IMG/VR virus record: IMGVR_UViG_3300019877_000001 | Location: 1-42,492 of that record | DNA from: a virus | Taxonomy: Duplodnaviria; Caudoviricetes | Strand: one strand, 5' to 3' | Length of the DNA: 42,492 nucleotides | Shown here: positions 24,828-34,444 of the stretch, piece after piece | Layout of the letters: every line of letters starts with the position of its first letter | Numbering within the stretch: the stretch's first letter is position 1 | Notes under the pieces: model-generated | The model's database searches: none | What the model saw: only the letters and a program-made list of their open reading frames with translations | What the model was told of the DNA's origin: nothing | Program-made: the position numbers and the translations under genes

Positions 24828-25645
24828 AGACCACCGTATCGTACGATGTATTCCAATACGTATGGCACTGGGTCTCCGGGGGCATAAACCCTGAATTCAT
24901 TCACGCCTTGGTCGAACTCGATCCAGCTGGATTGCGAAGAACGACCGTACAAATATGAACTAGACACGGAATCTCTGATCAGAGTGATTCCCTTAGATCC
25001 CTTGAGCGAACTGACAATCAGCTGATCGCCATCCTCAAGACTGCCCGAGAAATCCATCTGATACAGAGTTCCGGCCTCGTCCATGTTGTAAATTGTGAAT
25101 GCCGGTAGGGCTCTGTTCACATTCAACGTCAGCACAGTCCCCGTCTCTACGGATCCGGGGTAATCGATCATCGTGTTTGTGCTGTCGTCTACGCTGAAAC
25201 CTTCGACCGTAATCATTCGAGGATCGATAAAATCTGGCTGGAAACACATTATCGAGATATCAACGTTCGGATCTTCCTCGAACATGGGCGAGCTCAGCTC
25301 TTCCACATATCCGATGATATCGACATACAATCCCGTCGTCATGTAGAAACGCATCGATATCTTGGACTTCGGCATGAAGTACGAATATAGATCATCCCGA
25401 AGAGACGTATACGTATCCGTGATGAAATCTGGGTCAAGATCAAGTTTGAATTTGACATTTCTTGCGCCGCGTTTTGCGGATTGAAATTGTTCACCGTCGG
25501 TGTTCGCATAGCTCGACGAGACTAGATTAGCGTTCACCGGATCTAGTCCATCGATATCATTGACTTGATATCCGCTATCGTTTTCTTCCATATCGAGGGA
25601 CAGAATGCCGCCTCTGCGGTTCGTAATATCAACCTTGCTAAGCAT
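24824..25645 (-). CDS. Distal tail protein (Dit)
   Basis: IDGLDPV...DG..F...RN; W.E...G.N.F; directly after the tape measure. Confidence 0.8.
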   Translation of the reverse strand: MLSKVDITNRRGGILSLDMEENDSGYQVNDIDGLDPVNANLVSSSYANTDGEQFQSAKRGARNVKFKLDLDPDFITDTYTSLRDDLYSYFMPKSKISMRFYMTTGLYVDIIGYVEELSSPMFEEDPNVDISIMCFQPDFIDPRMITVEGFSVDDSTNTMIDYPGSVETGTVLTLNVNRALPAFTIYNMDEAGTLYQMDFSGSLEDGDQLIVSSLKGSKGITLIRDSVSSSYLYGRSSQSSWIEFDQGVNEFRVYAPGDPVPYVLEYIVRYGGL

Positions 25646-28600
25646 TACTGTCCTCCTTCGTCCTTGAGATTAGATTCTTTGTCTGACGATAGATCTCGAT
25701 GTCATCCAAAGCCTTCGGAGAGTTGTTGTTCTGAGTGTAGTTGTAGGTGTCTCCGCCGGATGAAGTTCCGTCGTCGGGCGTGTCTCCACCGGATCGATTT
25801 TCCTCGAATCCGGATCCGGCATTCTTCGCACTATTCAGAGAACCATCGACATTAAACTCAGGCATCTTAAGGATGTCCGCTATCTCTCCAGCATCTTTCT
25901 TGACCTGAGTGAGATCTAGGACCGGGGAGATTGTCGGATTGAAGTCGATCAGATCGCTACCAAGGACGGCACTCAAACCACTAAGCGTCTTACCCATGGA
26001 ATCGATCATATCCTCGCCCATGCCAACCATGGATTTCGTTGCGATGTAGCCATAGTCATCCAGACCCTTCGCGGCGCCCAGAGCCAGCTGCTTCGACATC
26101 CAGATCATTTGCTTCGACGGGGACGACACACCGAAGAAATCCAGAATTCCGTTCCACATGCTCTTTGCCAGATTGATAGCCGCGTCAACGACCTTCCTGA
26201 CAAGTTGAGCAAGACCACGAATAACGCCTTCGATAAGTGCTTCGGCTAGATCGAAACCGGCGTTGACAAGCCTTTCGCCACTGTTTCGGATACCATCCGC
26301 GACCGCAGCAACAAACTTGAAGACCAGATCGATTCCGGCATTGACGATACTGCCGATATTTCTTCCAATGCCGTCCAAGAACGCCACAATGATTCGAGCA
26401 CCCTGATCAACGACCTTGCCGATATTATCAGCAATACCCTTCAGGAAACCGATCAGAATCTTCATTCCAGCGTCTACCATTTTGGGTACTGCTTTAACAA
26501 GCGCGTCTAGCATTTGGGTAAGCATGCCGACTAGAGCTTGGATAATCTTTGGTGTGACTGCGATAATTGCGTCAAGCAATGCATTGAGAACCGTGGTCAA
26601 TGCACCGAGTATTGCTGGTCCAGAAACGGCGATAACTTGGGCGAACGCAACAAGGCCGAGTGCAATCTGTTCCATCACATACGGAATCAAACCGACAAGC
26701 CCTGCCACGATACCGACGATTGCTGCTACCGCACCTGTTCCTGCAGCCGCAAGAATCGTTAGACCCGTTGCGAATGCCAGAACACCTATTCCCGCAGCGA
26801 GAACTGCAAGTCCAAGAAGAGCGATCCCGGCAGCGAGTGAGAAAATCACCGGAGCCAGCGGCCCAAGAACAAGCCCGGCGACACCGACAATTACAAAGAC
26901 TCCTGCCAGACCAGCAAGACCCTTGATGATTTCTTCCCATGACATATCGCCCAGTGTGGTTAGCACAGGCAATAGCACTCGTAGAGCAGCAGCTACAACC
27001 AAGACAGCTGCGGCACCTGATAGAGCGCCCTGCATAACTCGAACTGCTGCAGCGATAATAATTAGCGAACCGGCGAGGGTGATGAGACCCTTTGCTATTT
27101 CTTCCCAGGTCATTCCGGACATTTTGCCAAGAGCTTCTTGGATCAGACTCAGGGATGCGGCAACAACCAAGATGGCTGCGGCTTTGAGAAGAGATCCATC
27201 GGGAAGCAATCTGAGTGCGACGGCAATCGAAATCAAGGCGCCGGCCATTACGGTTAGGCCTCGTGCGATCTCGTCCCACTTGAGTCCGGACATCTTTGCT
27301 ACGCCGTCTGCGAGCAACTTCAGCGATGCAGCGACAATCAACAATCCAGCGGCTTTGAAGATCGATCCTTCGGGCATCAAGTTCAGTGCGGCAGTCATCA
27401 GCCCTAGACCGACAGCAATGCCGGCCATTCCTCGGGCTATCTGCTCCCAATTGAACTGAGTGAAATCGCCAACGGCACTCGCCAGGATCTTCAGGCCGGT
27501 CGCAAGGAGTATGATCCCCAAGCCTTGACTTATTCCACCCTTATCTGCTTCCGCAAACTTGGTGAACAAGGCAAGCGATGCAAGAAGAACACCTACCCCA
27601 ACCAAGCCCTTGGCTAGAGATTGCCAATCCATTTCGCCGAGCTCTTTGACAGAAGAAACCAAAACTCTGATTGCTACTGCCAGAACAACCAATCCAGCGG
27701 CGGTACGAATGATTCCAGGGTTATTCGTTTCGAGCCTGTTTGTCGCGGTGACAAGTGTACCTATCAGCAGCGCCAGAGCAATCAAACCCTTGCGAAGCTC
27801 TTCGATGGGGATCCCGGAAAGCTTCTTCACGGCGGAAGCAAGGATGCTAACTGCTACTGCCAGAAGAATCAGACCGGCAGACATTATGCCGATCTTTACC
27901 GCAGATCCTCCGGTACTAATTTTGTTGAAAGCAGCAAACGCCAGACCCAATTGCCCAAACATGACGGTGATAGCCGCGGAAGCTCTAGCCAATCCCGCAG
28001 AATCAATGTCAGAAAGAGCAATGAGAGACAGGGTCAGAATCCCGATGGCTGTCGCAATCAACAGAAGCGCGGTTGCGTTCAGAGCATTTTGCATACCCTT
28101 TAGCGCACCGGTAAGTCCATCGATTGCGCCTTTGATGCCGTCTAGGAAGCCACCATCAAGCTTGAAGTCGCCAATCTTTCCGAGAAATTTCTTGAATAGA
28201 ACAATTAATCCTGCGAACAAGCCTGTGTTTATGGCGCCAAGGATGGCGTCGAAGTTCAGACCGCCGGAGAATACTCCTGCAATTGCGGCGCCAACACCAC
28301 TGGCCCATTCGATAAAGCCCTTTGCTACAGCACGGACCTTCTCCGAAATTACCGAGAAGATTTGCTGTATTCTATCCCAGACATTTCCAACAAGCGTGCC
28401 TAGACGCTCAAGCGGGTTGAGAGCCGCGGTCATCTTGCCGACGGAGTCGGTTGCCGCATCGGCATTCAAATTGCCGAACAGATTGCCGAGCGCAGAAGCA
28501 AGAAGTTGAACCAGCTTGATTGGGATAGCTAGAACTTTGCCGATGATATCAAATATCTTGCCGAAAGCATCGCCATCTTTGATTGCCTGATGCAGCGCAA

Positions 28601-30071
28601 CCAAGAAATCACCGATATTGGCAGTGAATTTCAACAATCCGCCGGAACCGCTCGAGAAGCTGCCGATAAGATCGAAGATGAACTTCACGCCTGCTTTGAG
28701 CAGTTCCCAGCCGATTCCCAAGATCGCAAAGAACCCGGCAAAAGTCCTCCGGAGGTTATTTGCTGTTTCTTCGCCCAATTTCAGTTTCGCCATGAAGTCA
28801 CGGAAAGCGACCGTCATGTCGTAGAGCTGCTTGGCGGTTGTCGCCGGGAATATCTCTCGGAAAGCATCCTTGATAGGAGCAAGAATTGATAGCAGCGCAT
28901 GGAACGCGTTGCTGATGCCATCGATTAGAGCTTGACGACCACCAAGGTCTTTCCAGCCTTGAAGAAGATTGTTTCGAGCTTCGGCAGAGTTCTGAATCAT
29001 CGCGCCGAGGGTGTTGCTTACATCCGTAAATAGAACCTTGGCTTCGTCGAAATCACCGAATACGATTTGCCAGGTCTTAGCCCATCCGGATCCGACAGCC
29101 TCACGGAGGGTGTCCATCAACTGCGACAGAGACTTGACTTTTGTAGCTGCATCGGTGGCCGTCTTGGCCATTTCCAGAATGCCGACGATCTGCTGATCCG
29201 TGTAGCCCATGGATTTCAGCTGATCGGCTGTCAGTTCACCAGTGAATTTGCTGAGGGTCTCAGTTAGAATGCCACTAGTGAGCCAGCCCGTCTGCAGGCT
29301 GTTTCGGAACGAACCTTCCTTCTTGACGATATCGTCTACCGCTACGCCATGCGCTCGGGCAGTCTCCATCAGAGAATCCTGGAAGACCTTACCGCCCATG
29401 CCCGCATTAACGACTGAGTTCCAATCCTCAAGCGTAAGCTTTCCTGCGGAGATAGCTTGCGAAAGCTGATACATCGCAGTAGAAGCCTGCTGCGAGTTCG
29501 AGCCGGATATAGCAGCTAGGTTAGCGATACCTTTGATCGCGCTTGTAGCTGTATCCAAGCTAACGCCAGCTGCCGTGAAGGTGCCGACGTTCTTCGCCAT
29601 CTCGGAGAAGTTATAAATCGTCTTGTCTGAATATGTGTTCAGATCTCCCAGGGCTGCATTAACCTTGGCTAGACCTTCAGCACCTTTCAGACCAGTATTC
29701 GCAAGAACTGTCTGAATCGAACCTAGATTTGTTTCGTACTCGTGGAAACCATCCAGCACCGGAGCAATTGAAAGCGACTTTGCCAGTTGGAGACCGGCAT
29801 CGACAGCTTTACTAACGATATTTGATAGAGCCGTTATCGCAGCTACTTGAAGCGCACTGAATTTACTCGTAAGACCGGATACTTGTTCTTGTGCGCCAGA
29901 TGTAGAAAAGCGATTGGCCGCATTACTCGCTTCGTTGAGACCTTGGGAGGCTCCCTCAAGCTTCAACGCTTTTTGGAGAGATGCAAGCATACTCAGCGTC
30001 GTACTAACGCCTGTGCCGAACTGCGCGTTGTCGAACTTCATCTTAACAACGCGCTCGTAGATGGTGCGCAG
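25638..30071 (-). CDS. Tape measure protein (start region anomalous)
   Basis: About 1480 aa, Ala/Gly/Leu-rich repeats; tape-measure domain LNTYSDKTIYNF...AMYQLSQA...DWNSV. Confidence 0.92.
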   Translation of the reverse strand: MRTIYERVVKMKFDNAQFGTGVSTTLSMLASLQKALKLEGASQGLNEASNAANRFSTSGAQEQVSGLTSKFSALQVAAITALSNIVSKAVDAGLQLAKSLSIAPVLDGFHEYETNLGSIQTVLANTGLKGAEGLAKVNAALGDLNTYSDKTIYNFSEMAKNVGTFTAAGVSLDTATSAIKGIANLAAISGSNSQQASTAMYQLSQAISAGKLTLEDWNSVVNAGMGGKVFQDSLMETARAHGVAVDDIVKKEGSFRNSLQTGWLTSGILTETLSKFTGELTADQLKSMGYTDQQIVGILEMAKTATDAATKVKSLSQLMDTLREAVGSGWAKTWQIVFGDFDEAKVLFTDVSNTLGAMIQNSAEARNNLLQGWKDLGGRQALIDGISNAFHALLSILAPIKDAFREIFPATTAKQLYDMTVAFRDFMAKLKLGEETANNLRRTFAGFFAILGIGWELLKAGVKFIFDLIGSFSSGSGGLLKFTANIGDFLVALHQAIKDGDAFGKIFDIIGKVLAIPIKLVQLLASALGNLFGNLNADAATDSVGKMTAALNPLERLGTLVGNVWDRIQQIFSVISEKVRAVAKGFIEWASGVGAAIAGVFSGGLNFDAILGAINTGLFAGLIVLFKKFLGKIGDFKLDGGFLDGIKGAIDGLTGALKGMQNALNATALLLIATAIGILTLSLIALSDIDSAGLARASAAITVMFGQLGLAFAAFNKISTGGSAVKIGIMSAGLILLAVAVSILASAVKKLSGIPIEELRKGLIALALLIGTLVTATNRLETNNPGIIRTAAGLVVLAVAIRVLVSSVKELGEMDWQSLAKGLVGVGVLLASLALFTKFAEADKGGISQGLGIILLATGLKILASAVGDFTQFNWEQIARGMAGIAVGLGLMTAALNLMPEGSIFKAAGLLIVAASLKLLADGVAKMSGLKWDEIARGLTVMAGALISIAVALRLLPDGSLLKAAAILVVAASLSLIQEALGKMSGMTWEEIAKGLITLAGSLIIIAAAVRVMQGALSGAAAVLVVAAALRVLLPVLTTLGDMSWEEIIKGLAGLAGVFVIVGVAGLVLGPLAPVIFSLAAGIALLGLAVLAAGIGVLAFATGLTILAAAGTGAVAAIVGIVAGLVGLIPYVMEQIALGLVAFAQVIAVSGPAILGALTTVLNALLDAIIAVTPKIIQALVGMLTQMLDALVKAVPKMVDAGMKILIGFLKGIADNIGKVVDQGARIIVAFLDGIGRNIGSIVNAGIDLVFKFVAAVADGIRNSGERLVNAGFDLAEALIEGVIRGLAQLVRKVVDAAINLAKSMWNGILDFFGVSSPSKQMIWMSKQLALGAAKGLDDYGYIATKSMVGMGEDMIDSMGKTLSGLSAVLGSDLIDFNPTISPVLDLTQVKKDAGEIADILKMPEFNVDGSLNSAKNAGSGFEENRSGGDTPDDGTSSGGDTYNYTQNNNSPKALDDIEIYRQTKNLISRTKEDSNA

Positions 30072-30445
30072 GCAGAGGTCACCGCCTTCCACAAAGTCTC
30101 TGCGATTTCATCAAATATTGGTCGCATGGCTGGGTTGATATAATCGATGCCTTGAATATATCCACCAGTTCCGGTTCCATGACCATACTGGATCATCACC
30201 GCAACTGCGTATCCATTTTCTACATCGGAGTTCGTCCAGGAAATAGTCAACGATCCGGACGATTTCGTTATTTCATAACCCCAGGAGTTCGCGGCAAGAC
30301 CGGATTCTTGAGGGGTGGCTGCAGATAAAGCTCTTACGCCTTTTTCTGCTTGCGCCGCCGCTATTTTACTAAGATCGAGCTTTTGCATGGCACGAAGAAA
30401 TCGTTCGGTGTTGTCGAAAGAACCGCTAGTCGACACGGAGACCAC
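30038..30445 (-). CDS. HK97 gp10-like neck/tail completion protein
   Basis: ATP.ESG.AA.SW...IQYGHGTG.GG...G.DYINPA pattern. Confidence 0.65.
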   Translation of the reverse strand: MVSVSTSGSFDNTERFLRAMQKLDLSKIAAAQAEKGVRALSAATPQESGLAANSWGYEITKSSGSLTISWTNSDVENGYAVAVMIQYGHGTGTGGYIQGIDYINPAMRPIFDEIAETLWKAVTSACAPSTSALLR

Positions 30446-30457
30446 GAGGACCTCCTA

Positions 30458-31621
30458 TTAGTCACTCAGACGCGTGATGGCCATGCTGTTACCGATACCG
30501 CTAGTTCCATCAGCCAGATCAGTAACGCTGGCTGCAGCCGGGTTGTGCGAAACACCGACGGACTGGCCTGCAGTAAAACGTGTTCGAAGAATCGCGTTGG
30601 TAGTACCACCCAAACCATGAATAAGGCATCGATATGCCCCACCAGCAATGGTGTTGTCCGCAACCATCATGCCGATTTGAGTGAATCCAACTGTCGCGCT
30701 GCTACTGTTGAAGAAAACTTGAACCAGATACTCGCCATCTTTAAGAATGTTCACGCGTCGAGCAGTGGCAAGGCCCGTTCCAGGAATGCTGAACCATTCG
30801 TTATCCGGATTGTAAGTATCCGACGTGTCTGTCGCATTGTAGGGTATGAACGTGTACGAACCATTCGCGTAGCTCGTGCCGGCACTATTCTTGATAACTT
30901 TCATTGTTGGAAGTCGCTTACCGGCGTTCATGGATATACCAAACCATGCGTCGGTTGCAGTCTTCACAAGTCGTACAGTGCCATATCCCGGGAAAGCATT
31001 GGATGCGCCACTGAGGGTAACGCCACCGGCACCGCTGACCTTAGCGCCTCCTGCACCGATTGCTGTGACTTCCATCCAACTACCAACCGGAAAAGCCACA
31101 GTGGCATTCAACGGAATAGTTATGACAACTTGCGCCGTTAGGGACGAGTGATTGACAAGCACGGTTCCATATGCATCCGTAAGTGCCAAAGTTGCCGCGC
31201 TGGTGACTGTCCGAGCGATTAGTTTCTTCTTGCCATCCGAAACAGATGTGACTACCGTATCCAGCTGAGCTTTGTTCGTCAGATCGTCCGACGCCGTACC
31301 AGTAGTTGCCTTCAGTCGCCCATCGCTTAGCCGAAGAGCTACCTTGTCGGCTGTGGCGGCTGTAGTTGCGTCAACGACTTTGAGGAAGCTGGCTGCGCTA
31401 ATACCCCCCAGCAATGCCGAGTCAGCCGCCTGGCCAAGAATTGGGAGATACTGCGAATCGAATGCGGGATCAAGACCGGTCCAGGGTGTGACGCCATTAC
31501 CGATCTTGATGATTCCTGTGTCGGTGGTAACACCCAATTCACCGTCAGCTAGAACGTAATCGGATGTCGTCCAGACAGCTGCTGTGGCGCGCCGCTGCTG
31601 CATTCGTGTGCCTACCGCCAT
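30458..31621 (-). CDS. Fibre-like virion protein with Mtd_N/hyaluronidase-N-type N-terminal domain
   Basis: RMQQRRATAAVW....VLADGELGVTTDTG.IKIGNG.TPW.L. Confidence 0.7.
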   Translation of the reverse strand: MAVGTRMQQRRATAAVWTTSDYVLADGELGVTTDTGIIKIGNGVTPWTGLDPAFDSQYLPILGQAADSALLGGISAASFLKVVDATTAATADKVALRLSDGRLKATTGTASDDLTNKAQLDTVVTSVSDGKKKLIARTVTSAATLALTDAYGTVLVNHSSLTAQVVITIPLNATVAFPVGSWMEVTAIGAGGAKVSGAGGVTLSGASNAFPGYGTVRLVKTATDAWFGISMNAGKRLPTMKVIKNSAGTSYANGSYTFIPYNATDTSDTYNPDNEWFSIPGTGLATARRVNILKDGEYLVQVFFNSSSATVGFTQIGMMVADNTIAGGAYRCLIHGLGGTTNAILRTRFTAGQSVGVSHNPAAASVTDLADGTSGIGNSMAITRLSD

Positions 31622-32370
31622 TACAGCGCACCTCCATCAATAGTTTCTGTGACTGACGTAGCCGGAGTTCCCGCATCGTATGTAACGAACACCGGAGTGT
31701 ATGGAGTACCGGCGTCATATACAAGATCGGCGAATGAGTCGAACATGAATACAAGCTCTCCCGGAGTGGGGAGTGCCGGATCCGTCAATTCATTTCCGTA
31801 AAGAATTTCTTCCAGATTCGTGAGAAGTTCTGCTGGAACATCTCGGGAATCGACGATGTAGTGCGCGGAAGGACGATAGCCTTCCACGAGAACTGCCCTC
31901 GACGTGATTTTCCAACTGAACGTCAGTGGTTCGGTCTGATCGGTCAGAGTTTTGTAACCGTGGTCCGATGGATCAGCTTTCAGATTGTAAAGAATGTGTA
32001 TCTTGTATCCGAGATCTAACCCGGACACATCGTTTCCAACTTTGGTTCGATAAACCATTCCAAATGACTTGCGACGTTGTTGAGTTACGCGAAGACCATT
32101 GTCTATCCGACTGGTCCCGTCACATCGTTCGAATTCGATCGGATACGTATAGGCTTCGATAGTTCCTTCGAACTGTTCGGGAGATGATCGGTTACTGATT
32201 CGGATACCGTCAAGATATCGAGCTACGGCTTCACCACCCGCTTGACTCTGGTTGACATTCACAAGACCAATCCAGGCCACACCGGGTCCGTCATCGACGT
32301 ACAGAACCCCTCTGTCAATTCCTGCTTCGAAGAACCGTCCTCCGACACCAGACCAATCAATTCTTGTCAT
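31621..32370 (-). CDS. Second major-tail-protein paralogue
   Basis: Aligns by eye with 32928-33812 (W...G.R.(F/Y)E.G.D.GVL; IEA.TYP.EFE; GYK.H..Y; TFSW). Confidence 0.8.
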   Translation of the reverse strand: MTRIDWSGVGGRFFEAGIDRGVLYVDDGPGVAWIGLVNVNQSQAGGEAVARYLDGIRISNRSSPEQFEGTIEAYTYPIEFERCDGTSRIDNGLRVTQQRRKSFGMVYRTKVGNDVSGLDLGYKIHILYNLKADPSDHGYKTLTDQTEPLTFSWKITSRAVLVEGYRPSAHYIVDSRDVPAELLTNLEEILYGNELTDPALPTPGELVFMFDSFADLVYDAGTPYTPVFVTYDAGTPATSVTETIDGGAL

Positions 32371-32381
32371 CGCACCTCCCT

Positions 32382-32912
32382 TTAACCTCTAGTGTTGTGA
32401 TTGGACAGTCGTTGACGGTTCAAATTCCTTCGCTCAGCACTGCTCATTTTCCTCTTCGGCGAATTCTTTAGGTTGATTACTCTGATCAACGTGATAAGTC
32501 TGTTCAAATGCCAGTGCTCGAACTCTACCGGAACGTTCAGAGAGATCATCCAGTAGTAAATCAGTTCGGAGGTAACGATTTCGCGTGACTGAGGAGCGTT
32601 CGGGTTGTTATACAACTTCGTTGCCGTCATTGCTGCGGTGATGTAGTTGTTTATGGTCCGAAGATGTGACTCAATTAGTTTCTCGAAAACTCCCGGAGGA
32701 AGATCGTTGTCGATAATCATGAAATTTACATAGGAAATTGTTTGTTCGTGGGTTTTGTCTTTCTTACCAAGGAATGCTTCTTCCCAGAAAGACTCCCATT
32801 TTGACATTGAGAACAGAGAGTGCTCGAGCGTGACCTTGACCGAGTCCGTTGTGACGAACTTCGAGGTTGCTTCGTCGAAGGACTCTTCCATAACTACGTC
32901 AAGCTCGAGCAT
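32382..32912 (-). CDS. Probable tail assembly chaperone
   Basis: Follows the major tail gene; LEHSL..SKWE and TSELIYYWM...WHLNRL.TLI motifs. Confidence 0.6.
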   Translation of the reverse strand: MLELDVVMEESFDEATSKFVTTDSVKVTLEHSLFSMSKWESFWEEAFLGKKDKTHEQTISYVNFMIIDNDLPPGVFEKLIESHLRTINNYITAAMTATKLYNNPNAPQSREIVTSELIYYWMISLNVPVEFEHWHLNRLITLIRVINLKNSPKRKMSSAERRNLNRQRLSNHNTRG

Positions 32913-32927
32913 CTCTGCCTCCGTTCA

Positions 32928-33812
32928 TCACACGAAGTCGTAGAACCAGTCCGTATCGATGACCGGCGGGAAGTGATAGCCGGGCTCCGCGTACGCCTTG
33001 ACGATGGTGTCCTCGGTGATGACGACCGCACCAGCGGCCACCGTGTCGCCGTCGATGGTGTACCTGACACCGGTGATGGACGGAATCGTGATCGTGTGCG
33101 TTCCGGAGTTGAAAGCCGGCTGCGTCGGGGTTGCCAGGGTGGTGGATGCGGTCATCATCGCAATGACATCCGCGGGCAGCGGCATGGAGGGATCGGTGGA
33201 AACCGTCCCGTACAGCTGGTCCTCCAACGTGGCGAGCCTGGTCGGATCCACCTTCGTACTGTCGATGGTGATGCTGGCCGTCGGCTGGTACTCAGTGCCG
33301 CCGACCGTCCCCACCTGAACCGGGTTAGTGGTGAGCTCCCACGAGAAAGTGATCGCCTCGGGGGAGTCGTTGATCGTGGCGTACGCCTTCTCCGACGGAG
33401 CGGCGAGACAGCCGTAGACCAGGTGCAGCTTGTAGCCGTAGTCTGCGGCCTCGACATCGTTGCCCTTGCGCGTGCGGTAGCAGAAACCGAACGACTTGCG
33501 CGTCTGCTGACCGATGCTGACACCGCTGGTCGGTGTAGCGTTGCCGTCGTACTTCTCGAACTCCGGCGGATACGTGAAGGCTTCGATCGTGGCGCCGAAC
33601 ATCTCGACGGAGACGAGGTTCAGGTACTTGATGTTGTCTGCGTATTGGGGGCTGGCCTCAGCACCCGACGGCGACTCGGTGACGGTGGTCAGGCCGTTCC
33701 AGGCCACACCACTCGAGTACTCACCAGCCTCGTCTGGCTCGAACAGAACACCGTGATCGACACCGGTCTCGTACGTGCGCGCACCAGTCTGATCCCACAA
33801 AAGTGCAACCAT
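32928..33812 (-). CDS. Major tail protein with C-terminal Ig-like domain
   Basis: GVAWNGLT.V.ESP.G, YADNIKY, TINDSPEAI.FSWE. Confidence 0.9.
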   Translation of the reverse strand: MVALLWDQTGARTYETGVDHGVLFEPDEAGEYSSGVAWNGLTTVTESPSGAEASPQYADNIKYLNLVSVEMFGATIEAFTYPPEFEKYDGNATPTSGVSIGQQTRKSFGFCYRTRKGNDVEAADYGYKLHLVYGCLAAPSEKAYATINDSPEAITFSWELTTNPVQVGTVGGTEYQPTASITIDSTKVDPTRLATLEDQLYGTVSTDPSMPLPADVIAMMTASTTLATPTQPAFNSGTHTITIPSITGVRYTIDGDTVAAGAVVITEDTIVKAYAEPGYHFPPVIDTDWFYDFV

Positions 33813-33825
33813 GCGTATGGTCCTT

Positions 33826-34134
33826 TCAGAAATAGATTGTGAAAACGTCGTGGTTCAAGTTGTCAGCGACGTAGAACCGATCGTGTCTACACAGTTCTAG
33901 AACGTTGATGCTTTCGAAAATTGTATCGTCGGGATCTCTGGTAATTAGAGTGAGATCATATTGATTCATGAATCTGTATGGACCGTTATCGGCAAAGTCA
34001 TAATCGGATCGACCTCTTTGATAAACGATCGCCGGGTATTCCATTTGCACATTCGAAGGCGGTTGGAAATATACGTTCCCACAGATCGACTCAAGGATCT
34101 GTTGGAGGGACGTACGTGGGGCCATTGTAAACAC
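33826..34134 (-). CDS. Tail terminator / completion protein
   Basis: NVYFQPP....MEYPAIVY; lies before the major tail gene. Confidence 0.75.
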   Translation of the reverse strand: MFTMAPRTSLQQILESICGNVYFQPPSNVQMEYPAIVYQRGRSDYDFADNGPYRFMNQYDLTLITRDPDDTIFESINVLELCRHDRFYVADNLNHDVFTIYF

Positions 34135-34432
34135 CTCCCAACCTAAGAATAAGGCGAGGACTCACGACCTCTACTTCGGTCACTATCCATAGAGTCCCCG
34201 CCCATTCCACATACCGAATGGCAAAGAAATGTTCGTTCGCGTACGTGTCTGCGACGATCGAGATGGAATTAGAGACCGAGAGATCGTCATTGACTTTCTC
34301 TGCTTGGTCATTCCTTCTGCTGTTCCGAACTACATCACCGGAGGCATTTCGTTCGGTGATTACGAGTTGGTGAACACCATTTCCCTGATCTTCGTCTTCC
34401 CCGTACCCAACCTTCCCATAAAACCTTGCCAT
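34091..34432 (-). CDS. Head closure / head-tail adaptor
   Basis: Size, position after the capsid gene, and RYVEW.G..W.V..V motif. Confidence 0.75.
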   Translation of the reverse strand: MARFYGKVGYGEDEDQGNGVHQLVITERNASGDVVRNSRRNDQAEKVNDDLSVSNSISIVADTYANEHFFAIRYVEWAGTLWIVTEVEVVSPRLILRLGGVYNGPTYVPPTDP

Positions 34433-34444
34433 CCTCTGGACTCC

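Noticed and set aside
30458-31621. Diversity-generating retroelement suggested by the Mtd_N-like domain
   Set aside because: No reverse transcriptase and no TR/VR repeat pair is visible in the window.
32382-32930. Programmed frameshift in the tail assembly chaperone
   Set aside because: No overlapping second ORF or convincing slippery site was seen.
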